Assembly (NCBI GenBank): GCA_963776275.1
Contig: CAVZMI010000021.1
Coordinates: 128,001 to 192,000, forward strand
Origin: Ignavibacteriota bacterium
GTDB lineage: Bacteria; Bacteroidota; Ignavibacteria; UBA10030; CAVZMI01
DNA: 64,000 nucleotides
Direction of reading: 5' to 3'
Below are positions 1 to 11,151 of the stretch, in pieces. Position 1 is the stretch's first letter. Each line of letters starts with the position of its first letter. The position numbers were made by a program, and so were the translations under genes. The notes under the pieces were generated by a model that worked only from the letters and a program-made list of their open reading frames with translations, did no database searches and was not told the DNA's origin.

Positions 1-811
1 TTTTTTCATCGCGTAGGTCCGATTCTTCATCAAATTGCTCGTAGTCTTTCCCGATTGTGAATTTCCATACGTCCTGAAATGTTGAAGAGCGCCAGAAGTT
101 ATCGATAAGGAGAGATATTTTTTCCTCACCATATGTTTCTGCCACATATTGCAGAAGCAGCTGAGCCTCTTTATACATAAGAAATGAACCGGAGATTGAA
201 TAGATTTGTGAAAGCGGAACAAAGTAACCGTTCAGAATAACGTCGCGCATAAGCCATTCAGCCTGCGTATCCCATGTCGTCGACCAGAACTCTGCCAGCC
301 CTTCCGTGAACCAGAGTGGCGGTTCCCGATCTGTTAACTGTCTGTGATCAACAAGTACACGATTTATTTTTGCATGCATGAATACATGGACAAGCTCATG
401 CCGTATCACACGACGGAACTGACTCAGCGACCCATCGGCGGGAATCACCACACGTCCTTTCAGAAACTCGAAAAAACCGGCAACTCCCTCGGGTATGAAT
501 CCTGGAGTGGTATTGGTTTGTTGAAAGTGAAGCGGCGAACTGTAAAATACAAGCGGTATGTGATGTACAATCGTAAAGTTAAACCGCTCTTCAAGCTCTT
601 TAAACGTTTCTTCCGCAAATGCTGCCCCGCGTTCGGCAAGTTCTTTCATTTCCGGATAGTAATAGATATCGAAATGGTCGGTTTTCAGAACATGCCAGTC
701 GAAGTCGGTATATTGTACCTTGTTCCGGCCAAAATAATAGAATTGAGCATTGAGTGTTACGTGCGTGATGACCAGTCCAATCACAACCAATATGAGGTGG
801 ATCAATTTCAT
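1..811 (-). CDS. Secreted peptidase MA-like (HEXXH) domain protein, probably of the PD40/BamA-fusion type; 3' end runs off the window
   Basis: Manual translation from ATG at 811: MKLIHLILVVIGLVITHVTLNAQFYYFGRNKVQYTDFDW...RHELVHVF...PLWFTEGLAE. Signal peptide, HEXXH motif and downstream EGxAE. Absent from the ORF track because it has no stop in the window. Confidence 0.8.
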   Translation of the reverse strand, partial: MKLIHLILVVIGLVITHVTLNAQFYYFGRNKVQYTDFDWHVLKTDHFDIYYYPEMKELAERGAAFAEETFKELEERFNFTIVHHIPLVFYSSPLHFQQTNTTPGFIPEGVAGFFEFLKGRVVIPADGSLSQFRRVIRHELVHVFMHAKINRVLVDHRQLTDREPPLWFTEGLAEFWSTTWDTQAEWLMRDVILNGYFVPLSQIYSISGSFLMYKEAQLLLQYVAETYGEEKISLLIDNFWRSSTFQDVWKFTIGKDYEQFDEESDLRDEK

Positions 812-896
812 TGTTCTTCTCTGCAACCAAAATAGAAGCTTTATGCTCAAGTATATAATTTTGTCATACGAGAATCAAGATGCACGGGTTTCTTCG

Positions 897-925
897 TTGC
901 ATCTGATTTGAACCTAACGTATATT
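897..925 (+). promoter_or_regulatory. Sigma70-like promoter for the FmdB-metK operon; a divergent TTGATT-N17-TATACT promoter lies at about 850-878 on the minus strand
   Basis: TTGCAT-N17-TATATT about 35 nt upstream of the ATG at 962. Confidence 0.5.
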
Positions 926-961
926 TTTATTGTTGTATATTAGAACCACGATTGAGTAATT

Positions 962-1276
962 ATGCCGACTTACGAATACCGGTGTGCCGCATGCGGTTAC
1001 GATTTTGAGGAATTCCAATCGATTACTGCCGAGTCGCTGGTGAATTGTCCACAATGCGGTCAATCAACCTTGAAACGACTTCTAGGTGGCGGCGGGGGAA
1101 TGATTTTCAAAGGAAGCGGTTTTTACCTCACCGATTATAAAAGTACCGGCAAAAAAGAAAAAACCGATTCTCCCCCATCAACAAAGAAAGACGAAAAGGA
1201 GAGCCCGAAAGATACTGCATCTCCGAAAGCATCGTCAACACAAGAAACCGGTTCGAAATCAAATCCGACATCATAA
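962..1276 (+). CDS. FmdB family zinc-ribbon protein
   Basis: MPTYEYRCxxC...CPxC...FKGSGFYLTDY signature with a low-complexity tail. Confidence 0.92.
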   Translation: MPTYEYRCAACGYDFEEFQSITAESLVNCPQCGQSTLKRLLGGGGGMIFKGSGFYLTDYKSTGKKEKTDSPPSTKKDEKESPKDTASPKASSTQETGSKSNPTS

Positions 1277-1342
1277 TTGATTCTCGGGAGAATCTTCAGT
1301 ACCTTTATTCCATATTACCTTGACATCACTGACCGAGTAGTT

Positions 1343-2317
1343 ATGAAAGCAATAATTCCTGTCGCTGGCGTAGGAAGCAGGCTTCGACCGCATACTTATA
1401 CACTCCCCAAAGTATTGTTGAATGTTGCGGGCAAACCGATTATCGGCCATATAATAGACAAACTAATCGAAACCGGTATTGATAACGCCACCGTGATAGT
1501 CGGCTACATGGGAGATAAAATTCGAGAATACATCACGAACCATTACGATATTCATGTCGATTTCGTGGAACAGGAAGAACGGTTTGGCCTTGGCCATTCG
1601 ATTTACATTGCGCGTGAAACTCTTCCCGGTGAACCCGTCCTGATTATTTTGGGCGACACAATTTTTGATGTTGATCTTGTTCCGATTATCAAACAGAACG
1701 AATCGGCACTGGGTGTGAAATGGGTCGAAGATCCACGGCGTTTTGGAATTGCCGAAGTCGACCACGGCTATATCAAAAATCTCATTGAAAAACCTGAACA
1801 CCCGACGAGTAATCTTGCACTTGTCGGGTTATACTACATTACGAATACTCGACTCCTCATCGAATCGGTAACCCAGCTTGTAAAAGAGAATATCCGGACA
1901 AAAAATGAATATCAGCTCACCGATGCATTACAATTGATGATCAGCAAAGGAGAGCGAATAAAAACATTTCATGTCGAGGGCTGGTACGATTGTGGAAAGC
2001 CCGAAACACTTCTCGAGACAAACAGACACCTTCTCGATAAATATCCATCGAAACCGTCACATGATGGCATCGTGGTAATCCCGCCGGTTTTTATATCGAA
2101 GAAATGTACAATCAGTCATTCGGTTGTCGGTCCCTATGCAACGATCGCTGATGGTGCTGTTGTCCGTGATGCAATCATACGCAATTCGATAATCAGCGAA
2201 GATGCACAGGTCCAGGGAGCTCTCCTTGAGAACTCGATTGTGGGGAATAATGCAACGGTACGTGGAGTGTGGAAACGGATTAATATCGGGGATTCGTCCG
2301 AGATTGATTTCTTCTAA
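1343..2317 (+). CDS. Sugar-phosphate nucleotidyltransferase (glucose-1-P thymidylyltransferase-like) with a left-handed beta-helix tail
   Basis: MKAIIPVAGVGSRLRPHT...PK motif, EKP, WYDCGKPE, hexapeptide C-terminus; start moved to ATG 1343. Confidence 0.9.
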   Translation: MKAIIPVAGVGSRLRPHTYTLPKVLLNVAGKPIIGHIIDKLIETGIDNATVIVGYMGDKIREYITNHYDIHVDFVEQEERFGLGHSIYIARETLPGEPVLIILGDTIFDVDLVPIIKQNESALGVKWVEDPRRFGIAEVDHGYIKNLIEKPEHPTSNLALVGLYYITNTRLLIESVTQLVKENIRTKNEYQLTDALQLMISKGERIKTFHVEGWYDCGKPETLLETNRHLLDKYPSKPSHDGIVVIPPVFISKKCTISHSVVGPYATIADGAVVRDAIIRNSIISEDAQVQGALLENSIVGNNATVRGVWKRINIGDSSEIDFF

Positions 2318-2359
2318 AAGAATAATTCACTGTTCTATAATTAAGGAGCTAGTAGTTTC

Positions 2360-3502
2360 ATGTCACAAATGTTTACTTCTGAGTCTGTTTCCGAAGGACA
2401 TCCGGATAAAATCTGCGATCAAATCTCCGATGCTGTGCTTGATGCTCTGATCACGCAGGATCCTCATTCACGTGTCGCCTGCGAAACATTTGTTACTACC
2501 GGACTCGTTGTCGTCGGCGGTGAAATCACTACCAAGGGATACATTGAGATCCAATCACTCGTGCGCAACGTCATACACGACATTGGATATACAAAAGCCG
2601 AGTACCGATTCGATGACAAATCCTGCGGTATTCTCTCGGCCATTCACCAGCAATCTCCTGATATTGCTTTGGGGGTAGATAAAGGAGGCGCCGGTGATCA
2701 AGGGATGATGTTCGGCTATGCAAACGATGAAACTACGGAATATATGCCGATGCCCATTACATTTGCCCACCAGCTTGTATATCGCCTCTCCGAGCTCCGG
2801 AAGAAATCGCCGCAGGTTATGCCGTATCTCCGGCCAGATGCAAAATCGCAGGTTACTGTCGAGTACGAGGGACGCAAACCGGTACACGTCCACACTGTCG
2901 TCATTTCGACACAACACGATTCCGGAGTATCTCAAAAGAAAATTAAGGAAGATGTCATTGAGCACGTCGTGAAGAAAGTGATTCCGGAACAATATCTTGA
3001 TAAAAAGACAATCTATCATGTCAACCCAACAGGACGTTTTGAAATTGGCGGACCGCATGGCGATACCGGGCTCACTGGCCGAAAAATCATCGTCGACACC
3101 TATGGGGGGCGCGCACCTCACGGCGGCGGTGCCTTCAGCGGAAAAGACCCGTCGAAAGTCGATCGCAGCGCAGCCTATGCGGCACGACATCTGGCCAAGA
3201 ATGTTGTTGCAGCAGGACTCGCTAATGAATGCTTGATCCAGATTGCCTACGCAATTGGCGTGGCAGAACCCGTCTCGATTTATGCAAATACGTATAACAC
3301 AGGACGAATTCCGGACATTCAACTGGCAAAGATCATCAGGAAAAACATTGACCTCACACCGCGTGGAATCATCCGTCGCTTAAAACTCCTCCGCCCGATT
3401 TATCGGAAAACTGCAGCGTACGGTCATTTTGGAAGAAACGACAAAGACTTCACCTGGGAAAAACTCGATCTCGTTCCAATGTTGAAAAAATTAGCCGTGT
3501 AA
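2360..3502 (+). CDS. metK: Methionine adenosyltransferase
   Basis: [19 protein letters not shown] and GGGAFSGKD motifs. Confidence 0.99.
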   Translation: MSQMFTSESVSEGHPDKICDQISDAVLDALITQDPHSRVACETFVTTGLVVVGGEITTKGYIEIQSLVRNVIHDIGYTKAEYRFDDKSCGILSAIHQQSPDIALGVDKGGAGDQGMMFGYANDETTEYMPMPITFAHQLVYRLSELRKKSPQVMPYLRPDAKSQVTVEYEGRKPVHVHTVVISTQHDSGVSQKKIKEDVIEHVVKKVIPEQYLDKKTIYHVNPTGRFEIGGPHGDTGLTGRKIIVDTYGGRAPHGGGAFSGKDPSKVDRSAAYAARHLAKNVVAAGLANECLIQIAYAIGVAEPVSIYANTYNTGRIPDIQLAKIIRKNIDLTPRGIIRRLKLLRPIYRKTAAYGHFGRNDKDFTWEKLDLVPMLKKLAV

Positions 3503-3530
3503 TTAAAATTTTCATAACGATAAGAATATT

Positions 3531-4808
3531 ATGGATGAAAAAAAAGGTCTGTACAAAGTACAAAGTTTAAAACTCGCCCCTGAAGGGCATAGGCTCATTG
3601 AATGGGCCGAGTCGCGTATGCCCGTGTTGATGGCACTGCGCGAAAAGTATCGAAAAACAAAACCATTAAAAGGGTACCGCATTGCCGGCTGTCTGCACGT
3701 TACGAAAGAAACCGCCGTTCTCGTCCGTACATTCATTGAAGCAGGAGCGCAGGTAAGCTGGAGCGGATGCAATCCTCTTTCGACCAACGATATGGTTGCG
3801 GCAGCACTTGCATCTGACGGTATATCGATCTTTGCATGGCACGGTATGAACGTAAAAGAATTCTACTGGTGTATTGAAGAGACGTTGAAGTTCCACCCCA
3901 ACCTCACACTCGATGACGGCGCCGATTTAATTTTTACCATCCATAATAAACATCAGGAATTGGTTCCCGAAATTATCGGAGGGACGGAAGAAACAACCAC
4001 CGGTGTTCACCGCCTTCGTGCAATGGCCAAAGACGGTGCTTTGAGGTATCCGGTTATTGAGGTGAATGATGCCGAAACGAAATGGGATTTCGATAATGTG
4101 TACGGGACCGGACAATCGACCATCGACGGTATTATCAGGGCGACCAGCGTTCTCATAGCCGGGAAAAACTTTGTTATTGCCGGATATGGCCACTGCGGGA
4201 AGGGTGTCGCAACGCGCGGTAAAGGTCTTGGAGCGAACGTCATAGTGACCGAAGTAAAACCTACTGCTGCTTTGAAAGCAACACTCGACGGTATGCGAGT
4301 CATGAAAATGGATGACGCTGTTAAAATCGGTGATATTTTTGTTACCGCAACAGGCGTTAAAGATGTCATCATAGATCGTCATTTTAAAAAAATGAAAGAT
4401 GGAGCAATCGTCTGCAATGCCGGTCACTACGATTGCGAAGTTAACCTCGGACATTTAAAAAAACAGGCAAAGAGTATACGCGAAATTCGTCCGAATAATG
4501 AAGAGTACCTGTTGAAAGATGGACGCCGCATTTTTGTTCTTGCACAGGGGCGCCTGGTAAACCTAGCAGCTGCTGAAGGACATCCATCCGAGGTCATGGA
4601 TATGTCGTTCGCAAATCAGTTCATGTCGCAACTCCGCCTTGCAGAACTCCATAAACGGGGCGTCAAGCTCGATACTGTTGTCCACGACATCACACCCGAG
4701 CAGGATCAGGAAATTGGGCGAGTGAAACTCGCAACACAGGGGATCACCATCGATATACTTACAACTGAACAGCGGGCATACATGGAAGATTATTCCTCAG
4801 GAACCTGA
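3531..4808 (+). CDS. ahcY: Adenosylhomocysteinase
   Basis: GCNPLST, EETTTG, KWDFDNVYGTGQS and GHPSEVMD motifs. Confidence 0.98.
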   Translation: MDEKKGLYKVQSLKLAPEGHRLIEWAESRMPVLMALREKYRKTKPLKGYRIAGCLHVTKETAVLVRTFIEAGAQVSWSGCNPLSTNDMVAAALASDGISIFAWHGMNVKEFYWCIEETLKFHPNLTLDDGADLIFTIHNKHQELVPEIIGGTEETTTGVHRLRAMAKDGALRYPVIEVNDAETKWDFDNVYGTGQSTIDGIIRATSVLIAGKNFVIAGYGHCGKGVATRGKGLGANVIVTEVKPTAALKATLDGMRVMKMDDAVKIGDIFVTATGVKDVIIDRHFKKMKDGAIVCNAGHYDCEVNLGHLKKQAKSIREIRPNNEEYLLKDGRRIFVLAQGRLVNLAAAEGHPSEVMDMSFANQFMSQLRLAELHKRGVKLDTVVHDITPEQDQEIGRVKLATQGITIDILTTEQRAYMEDYSSGT

Positions 4809-4836
4809 CCACATACATCACACGTCGTCACTCACG

Positions 4837-5969
4837 ATGGCGCGGTACTATCACGATACCACGTTGGAAAAAACATACTCAGGATTGCTTGAAGTCGAAG
4901 AAAGAGGGTTCGGTTTTGTCCGCACCCTTTCATTAACATTACGCCACCTTCCGACCGATCCCTATATCGCACCTCACCTCATCACACAATATCGCTTGCG
5001 CCCCGGCGTTTTGATTGAAGGAACGATCAGTATTGCCGGGAACGGCAAGTCCCAGGTCGATACTATAGAACGAATTAATAAGGTGAAGCCGGAACGATGG
5101 ATGCGCGTCGTCGAATTTTCACAGCGCACCGTCGTCAACCCGAACGAGCTCTTGAAGCTCGAGGGCTCTCACAACGACCCGGCGATGAGAATTGTGGATC
5201 TTATTTCTCCGATCGGGAAGGGACAGCGAGGTTTGATCGTCGCACCTCCCCGCTCGGGCAAAACAATGCTCCTCCAGCAGATGGCCCATGCCATAAGCAC
5301 CAATTATCCGAAATTGGATTTAATCGTTTTACTTGTTGATGAACGACCCGAAGAGATAACCGACATTCGCCGCGCCGTAAAGGGATTGGTATTTGCAAGC
5401 TCGCACGATGATCACCGGCTAAGCCACACACGTCTCGCGCAGCTTGTGCTTGATTATGCAAAACGACGAGCGGAGCTCGGTCGGGATGTCGTAATGCTGC
5501 TCGATTCTCTCACAAAACTCGGGCGTGCGTTCAATCTGACACAACGCAGCAGCGGCCGGACCTCTCCGGTGGAGTCGACGCCCGTGCACTCGAGATTCCT
5601 GAAAAAATATTCGGCGCAGCCCGCGCACTCGAGAATCATGGTACATTGACAATAATTGCCACCGCTCTTATCGAGACGAATTCGAGAATGGACGAACTGA
5701 TTTTCGAGGAGTTTAAGGGAACAGGAAATATGGAGCTCGTGCTCAGCCGCGAGCTTTCAAACCTGCGAATCTTTCCGGCAATCAATATTCTCCAATCCGG
5801 GACACGCCGTGAAGAACTATTATTCGGAGAAAATACTTACGTATACCAGACACTCCGCCGCGCTCTGGAACGAAAAAAACCTGTGGAGGCCATGAAATTA
5901 CTTCTTCAAGCTATTCAAAAGACAAAAACTAATGAACATCTCTTGGCCGATATAAAGAAGTATCTATAG
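4837..5969 (+). CDS. rho: Transcription termination factor Rho, short form; split by a 1-nt deletion near 5562
   Basis: GFGFVR, PIGKGQRGLIVAPPRSGKT and DERPEE. Restoring one C gives SGRTLSGGVDARAL and joins the FEEFKGTGNMEL...SGTRREELL ORF at 5646-5969. Confidence 0.9.
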
Positions 5970-6251
5970 ACGCAGAACGGTTTATTCATCCTTCCCCGAA
6001 AAAAATCCGGTGACTCTTTTATTTCTTTTATATTAGTCAAAGAGGGCTTCTCATTACCCTTATTATTCCTCCCCTCAGAAAGCATTAAAATGAATTCATC
6101 GGCTGCCATGATCCGGCATGCATGCGATTTCCCGTAATGTGCAATTTCTGCGTTGTTTGAAATAATAGGGGTGGCTTACACTATATCTGTACCCGCACAG
6201 GGAACTTCCAATAAAAAAATTTGTTGTAAAAAGTAGGAAGGTAGTATCTTA

Positions 6252-6400
6252 CACAGCACGCTTGTCTTAACGGTGGGGAGATCGGATGAGGGGAGGAGTC
6301 AGGCGTGCTGTTCTTATTGTGTTATGGTCGAAACCGCACGGAGAAGTCGGTTTCTTCACAAACGCGCACCGGCGAAACAATGACGCTTCGCCGGTGTAGT
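6252..6400 (+). ncRNA. Candidate structured small RNA (three consecutive hairpins) between rho and the 3' end of typA
   Basis: Stems acagcacgc/gcgtgctgt, gaaaccg/cggtttc and caccggcgaa/ttcgccggtg; TATCTT -10-like box at 6245-6250. Confidence 0.3.
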
Positions 6401-6407
6401 TTATATT

Positions 6408-8264
6408 CTACAATTCAACTTCTTCTGCTTTCTTACGGCTCATTCTATTCCGCTCGTTATGATCCAGATATCGTTTTCGTAATCGAATACTCTTCGGTGT
6501 AATTTCGACGTATTCATCGTCGGCAATCCATTCGATTGCCTGTTCGAGTGTGAGCAGGCGAGGTGGTTCTAGACGGATCGCTTCATCGGCTCCACTTGCA
6601 CGCATATTGGTCAGTTGTTTCGTCTTGCAAACATTGACGACCATATCTCCTTCGCGCGCGTTCTCCCCCACAATCATACCTTTATAGACACGTATTCCCG
6701 GTTCAACAAAGAACGTAATCCTTTCCTGAAGTTTCCACATTGCATATGAAACCGCTTCGCCATCTTCCAATGAAATTACCGCTCCTTTATTCCGGATCGG
6801 AAGGTCTCCCCTATACGGTTCATAGCCCTGGAAATTGTGATGTAATAAGCCGGTTCCCTTCGTCTCGGTCATGAACTCATTTCGGAATCCGATCAAACCA
6901 CGTGCAGGCACGACGAATTCGAGTCGCGTATTCCCATTGTTGGAGATCATGTTCCGTAATTCTCCCTTACGTTTACCGAGGTTCTCGATCACTACACCCA
7001 CAAATTCGTCGGGAACGTCGATGATCACGTGCTCAATCGGCTCGCTGAGAACATCGAGCACGCGCTTGAAGATGACCTCCGGTCGTGAGACTTGAAGTTC
7101 ATATCCTTCACGCCGCATAGTCTCGATAAGTATTGCCAGATGCAATTCACCGCGCCCGCTGACCTTGAACACATCGGGCGAATCGGTAAGCTCGACACGC
7201 AGACTGACATTACTCCGCAGTTCTCTGGCCAGTCGTTCACCAAGATGACGCGTTGTCACGTACTTTCCGTCAAGACCGGCAAATGGCGAATTGTTCACTA
7301 TGAAGTTCATCGAGATCGTCGGCTCTTCAATCGATACGAACGGGAGTGGGAAAGCATCGGCAGGATCGGCAATAGTTTCGCCGATATCGACATCTTCCAT
7401 CCCGGCAATGGCGATGATTTCGCCTGCACTCGCTTCGTTCACCTCGATGCGTTTCAAGCCGTGAAACGTGTAAATCTTTGTGATCTTAGCGTCTTCAACA
7501 ATGCCGTCGCGATGGATGATTTTCATCGGAGCACCTACACGGATTGTTCCGCGAAATATCCGTCCGATCCCGAGCCGCCCCAGATAGTCATTGTAATCGA
7601 TCGTCGTCACCAGCATCTGAAAGGACGATTCTGTGTCACCCGGCGGAGGAGGAACATAATTGACGATGGCTTCGAAAAGAGGAACGAGATTGCTCCCCTG
7701 ATCTTCCAATTCTTTTTTTGCAATTCCCTGCTTTGCGATCGAGTACACCACGGGAAAATCAAGCTGCTCGTTCGTTGCCCCGAGTGAAAGAAAAAGATCG
7801 AAAACCTCATCAAGTACTTCATGCGGCCTGGCGTCTTTCCGATCAATTTTATTAATAACGACGATCGGCTTCAGGTTCAGCTCGAGTGACTTTTTAAGAA
7901 CAAATTTAGTTTGCGGAAGCGGACCTTCAGCGGCATCGACCAGCAGAAGAACGCCATTGACCATCATTAATGTCCGCTCTACTTCACCGCCGAAGTCCGC
8001 GTGACCCGGCGTATCGACAATATTTATTTTGATGGGTGTATTTTTTCCAGCCGGAATATAATTTACGGCAGTATTTTTTGCCAGGATTGTAATTCCTTTT
8101 TCACGTTCCAGGTCGTATGAATCCATGATACGTTTTTCAACTACCTGGTTCTCGCGGAACGTGCCTGTCTGGCGAAGCATATAGTCCACCAGTGTTGTCT
8201 TTCCATGATCAACGTGTGAAATAATTGCAATATTTCTTATGTCTTCTCTTAGAAGATCCGACAC
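6408..8264 (-). CDS. typA: Translational GTPase TypA/BipA
   Basis: [44 protein letters not shown]; start placed at GTG 8264 behind a GGAGAG RBS. Confidence 0.98.
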   Translation of the reverse strand: MSDLLREDIRNIAIISHVDHGKTTLVDYMLRQTGTFRENQVVEKRIMDSYDLEREKGITILAKNTAVNYIPAGKNTPIKINIVDTPGHADFGGEVERTLMMVNGVLLLVDAAEGPLPQTKFVLKKSLELNLKPIVVINKIDRKDARPHEVLDEVFDLFLSLGATNEQLDFPVVYSIAKQGIAKKELEDQGSNLVPLFEAIVNYVPPPPGDTESSFQMLVTTIDYNDYLGRLGIGRIFRGTIRVGAPMKIIHRDGIVEDAKITKIYTFHGLKRIEVNEASAGEIIAIAGMEDVDIGETIADPADAFPLPFVSIEEPTISMNFIVNNSPFAGLDGKYVTTRHLGERLARELRSNVSLRVELTDSPDVFKVSGRGELHLAILIETMRREGYELQVSRPEVIFKRVLDVLSEPIEHVIIDVPDEFVGVVIENLGKRKGELRNMISNNGNTRLEFVVPARGLIGFRNEFMTETKGTGLLHHNFQGYEPYRGDLPIRNKGAVISLEDGEAVSYAMWKLQERITFFVEPGIRVYKGMIVGENAREGDMVVNVCKTKQLTNMRASGADEAIRLEPPRLLTLEQAIEWIADDEYVEITPKSIRLRKRYLDHNERNRMSRKKAEEVEL

Positions 8265-8479
8265 GGACAGGTTCTCTCCCAACACAAACAATAAAAATGC
8301 CCCAAGCATGCCTTTGGCGGGCTCGAGGCAAATATGCTATTCATATTTTGAAAGATACGGAAAAAACAATAAAATTCCAAGAACTTCACCAATATTCCCG
8401 GAATTACCGGACAAAGATTGAATGTTTTGCGAGTTCTTCATACACTTAAGAGAGCCGAAACGCCGAAAGAATACTACAG

Positions 8480-9523
8480 ATGAAAGCATTCGTTCTCAAT
8501 AGCACCTGCGACCTAAATAAAAACAAAAATCCTCTTTCTCTGGTTGACATTTCCGATCCGTCGCCACGTGAGAATGAAATTCTTGTACGCATTTCAGTAT
8601 GCGGTGTATGTCATACCGAGCTTGATGAAATTGAAGGCCGCACTCCCCCTCCACATTTCCCAGTAATTCCCGGACATCAGATTATCGGACGGGTTGAAAG
8701 CTGTGGAAAAAATGTAAAAAATTTTTCAATTGGTGATCGCGTCGGTATTGCATGGATTCATTCAGCGTGCGGTAAATGCGAGTACTGCCGCCGGGGCGAC
8801 GAGAACCTCTGTCCTGAATTTGTTGCAACGGGAAGAGACGTAGATGGCGGATATGCAGAACTCGTGACGGTCCCTGAGGATTTTGCTTTTAATATCCCCG
8901 AGGAATTTTCCGACACTCAGGCGGCTCCGCTCCTCTGTGCAGGCGCCATCGGGTACCGCTCATTACGGCTCACCGGCTTGAACGACGGGCAGAATCTCGG
9001 ACTCACAGGATTCGGTGCTTCAGCACATCTCGTCCTGAAAATGGCGCGTCATCTTTTCCCGCATTCAAAATTCTTTATTTTCGCACGGAGTGAAAACGAG
9101 CGGGCTTTTGCCGGTGAAATCGGTGCGGCGTGGACAGGCGATGTAACCGACAAATCACCCTTGAAACTCCACGCGATCATCGATACAACACCGGTATGGA
9201 AACCTGTTGTCGAAGCAATGAATAACCTGGTTCCCGGCGGGCGTCTCGTTATCAATGCAATTCGAAAAGAACATCTGGACAAAGAATATTTACTCAATCT
9301 GGATTATACACATCATCTCTGGATGGAAAAGGAAATTAAAAGCGTCGCTAATGTCGCCCGCCGCGACGTATTGGAATTTCTTGCTCTTGCCGCTCAAATT
9401 CCACTGGCTCCGGTGGTTGAGATGTTCCCATTTGAGAAGGTAAATTTGGCACTTTTTGAATTGAAGGAAGGGATAATCCGCGGTGCAAAAGTGCTGCAAA
9501 TTGGAGGAGAAAAACATGGCTGA
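8480..9523 (+). CDS. Zinc-dependent alcohol dehydrogenase family protein
   Basis: CGVCHT, PGHQ, CGKCEYC...C structural zinc site, PLLCAGAIGY. Confidence 0.93.
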   Translation: MKAFVLNSTCDLNKNKNPLSLVDISDPSPRENEILVRISVCGVCHTELDEIEGRTPPPHFPVIPGHQIIGRVESCGKNVKNFSIGDRVGIAWIHSACGKCEYCRRGDENLCPEFVATGRDVDGGYAELVTVPEDFAFNIPEEFSDTQAAPLLCAGAIGYRSLRLTGLNDGQNLGLTGFGASAHLVLKMARHLFPHSKFFIFARSENERAFAGEIGAAWTGDVTDKSPLKLHAIIDTTPVWKPVVEAMNNLVPGGRLVINAIRKEHLDKEYLLNLDYTHHLWMEKEIKSVANVARRDVLEFLALAAQIPLAPVVEMFPFEKVNLALFELKEGIIRGAKVLQIGGEKHG

Positions 9524-10334
9524 AGATTTTACCCACACGACATTAGGGAGGACAGGTATCACAGTACATCGGCTCGGACTCTCAGCGACATATTGGCCCG
9601 GCAAAAAAACCGTGTACAAAGCTCTTGATGAAGGGGTGAACTATTTTTTTGGGTTTGGGACCGATGGACAATTAATACGCGCGATACGGAGCGTCGTTGG
9701 GCAGAAGAGAAAAGATATTGTCATCGCAACAGGGGCGTATAATTTGTTGATCGGATATCCAAACCTTCGGCGAACGCTTGAGAAACGGCTTCGTCAATTC
9801 GGGACTGATTATATCGATGTATTTCTTTTTCTTGGAGTGACAAAAGAAAAAGATTTTCCGGCCGAGGCCCGTGAAGAGCTTGCCCGATTCAAAGAGGAGG
9901 GGAAGGTCGGCGCAATCGGCTTATCGTCACACGACCGCAAATTTGCCGGCAAGCTGGCTGCTGAGGGATCAATGGACGTGCTGATGATCCGCTATAATGC
10001 GGCACATCGTGGTGCAGAGCAGGATATTTTTCCTTTTGTGAAAGATCACAATCCCGGCATTACGAGCTATACGGCCACACGATGGACCTACTTGATCCGA
10101 AGATCGAAAAAATGGCCGACAGACAGGCCGATACCGACGCCCGGTCAATGCTACCGATTTGTTCTATCAAATCCGAATGTGCATCTCTGTCTGACAGCTC
10201 CAAGAAACATCAGACAATTCGAAGAGAATATAAAATCTCTTTCAGATGGACTTCTAAGCGAAGATGAAATGAAATTGATGCAGGAATATGGCGATGCAGT
10301 GCATCACACAAAAAAATGGTTTATGGGAGGATGA
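9516..10334 (+). CDS. Aldo/keto reductase
   Basis: LGRTGITVHRLGL, LRQFGTDYIDVF, GKVGAIGLSSH; GGAGG RBS before ATG 9516. Confidence 0.88.
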   Translation: MAEDFTHTTLGRTGITVHRLGLSATYWPGKKTVYKALDEGVNYFFGFGTDGQLIRAIRSVVGQKRKDIVIATGAYNLLIGYPNLRRTLEKRLRQFGTDYIDVFLFLGVTKEKDFPAEAREELARFKEEGKVGAIGLSSHDRKFAGKLAAEGSMDVLMIRYNAAHRGAEQDIFPFVKDHNPGITSYTATRWTYLIRRSKKWPTDRPIPTPGQCYRFVLSNPNVHLCLTAPRNIRQFEENIKSLSDGLLSEDEMKLMQEYGDAVHHTKKWFMGG

Positions 10335-10395
10335 TAAATGCATAGAAGATCTCCGTCATCCAGGGAAATGCCGGAGAATGGAAACCTTTTACTAT

Positions 10396-11028
10396 TTAAC
10401 GCAGCATTACCATCTTCTTCACAGAGTTCCACTTCGGCGTCGAGATTCGATAGAAATAAACGCCCGAAGAAACCGTTGTCCCGGTTTCACTTCTGCCATC
10501 CCAGGTTAATTCGATGTATCCCGAAGGGTATTCGTCGTCCGTGAGAGTCCGCACTTCGCGGCCGAGTGCATCGTAAATAACAAGCTTAACCTTCGATGCC
10601 ACCGGTAATTCAAATGCGATCTTTGTCGTCGGATTAAATGGGTTTGGGAAATTATCGTACAAATGAAATTCCTTCGGCGGACTGATTGTAAATGATATTT
10701 CCTTCATCCAACTCTGTCCATTGGCTGTTTTTATCAATGCTTTGATCTTCTGCTCTTTGCCGATTGGTGCAGACCGTTCAACTGAAAACAGAAACTCAGC
10801 ATCTTTTGATTGCTTCGCAAGGATATCTTTCAGCATGATTTTCGATGATTCAAGTTTCAACCATGACTGTGGATTCTGGATCTCAACGGTGACATTTTTT
10901 GCAGCGACCGCCGCCGTGTTTTCAACGGTCAGTGCGAACGAGTTGCCCTTTGAGTTATAAGGGATTTCGTATCCTTGAGCCAGGAGAATTAACGGCATCA
11001 ATATTGATATAATGAATATTGTTTTCAT
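10396..11028 (-). CDS. Small secreted Ig-like protein with a T9SS type A C-terminal sorting domain
   Basis: Signal peptide, one Ig-like module, then NFPNPFNPTTKIAFEL...IYDALGREV...WDG...SSGVYFYRI...KKMVMLR. Confidence 0.88.
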   Translation of the reverse strand: MKTIFIISILMPLILLAQGYEIPYNSKGNSFALTVENTAAVAAKNVTVEIQNPQSWLKLESSKIMLKDILAKQSKDAEFLFSVERSAPIGKEQKIKALIKTANGQSWMKEISFTISPPKEFHLYDNFPNPFNPTTKIAFELPVASKVKLVIYDALGREVRTLTDDEYPSGYIELTWDGRSETGTTVSSGVYFYRISTPKWNSVKKMVMLR

Positions 11029-11045
11029 AAAGCCCTTTCACAATT

Positions 11046-11150
11046 TAAAAGATAACCACAAAGGTCACAGAGTTATAAATGAGTACACGGAGTATCGACC
11101 TCTGTGAACTCATCTTTCCAACCTCCGTGTACTCTGTGGTTATATTTTTA
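11046..11150. repeat. About 100-bp imperfect palindromic element (CACAGAG/CTCTGTG type)
   Basis: ataaccaca...cacagag...gagtacacggag on the left is complementary to ctctgtga...ctccgtgtactctgtggttat on the right. Confidence 0.75.
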
Positions 11151-11151
11151 T

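Noticed and set aside
344-835. 163-aa plus-strand ORF
   Set aside because: Antisense shadow of the minus-strand HEXXH peptidase gene; no motifs.
2318-2359. SAM riboswitch upstream of metK
   Set aside because: The gap is only about 42 nt and has no S-box consensus.
5550-5575. Programmed frameshift in rho (likewise thiC and glycerate kinase)
   Set aside because: No slippery heptamer or stimulatory structure; similar indels are scattered through unrelated genes.
2555-7787. Long antisense ORFs (2555-3322, 3927-4454, 7092-7787) and similar ones across the window
   Set aside because: They lie opposite well-conserved genes (metK, ahcY, typA) and have no protein-like features.
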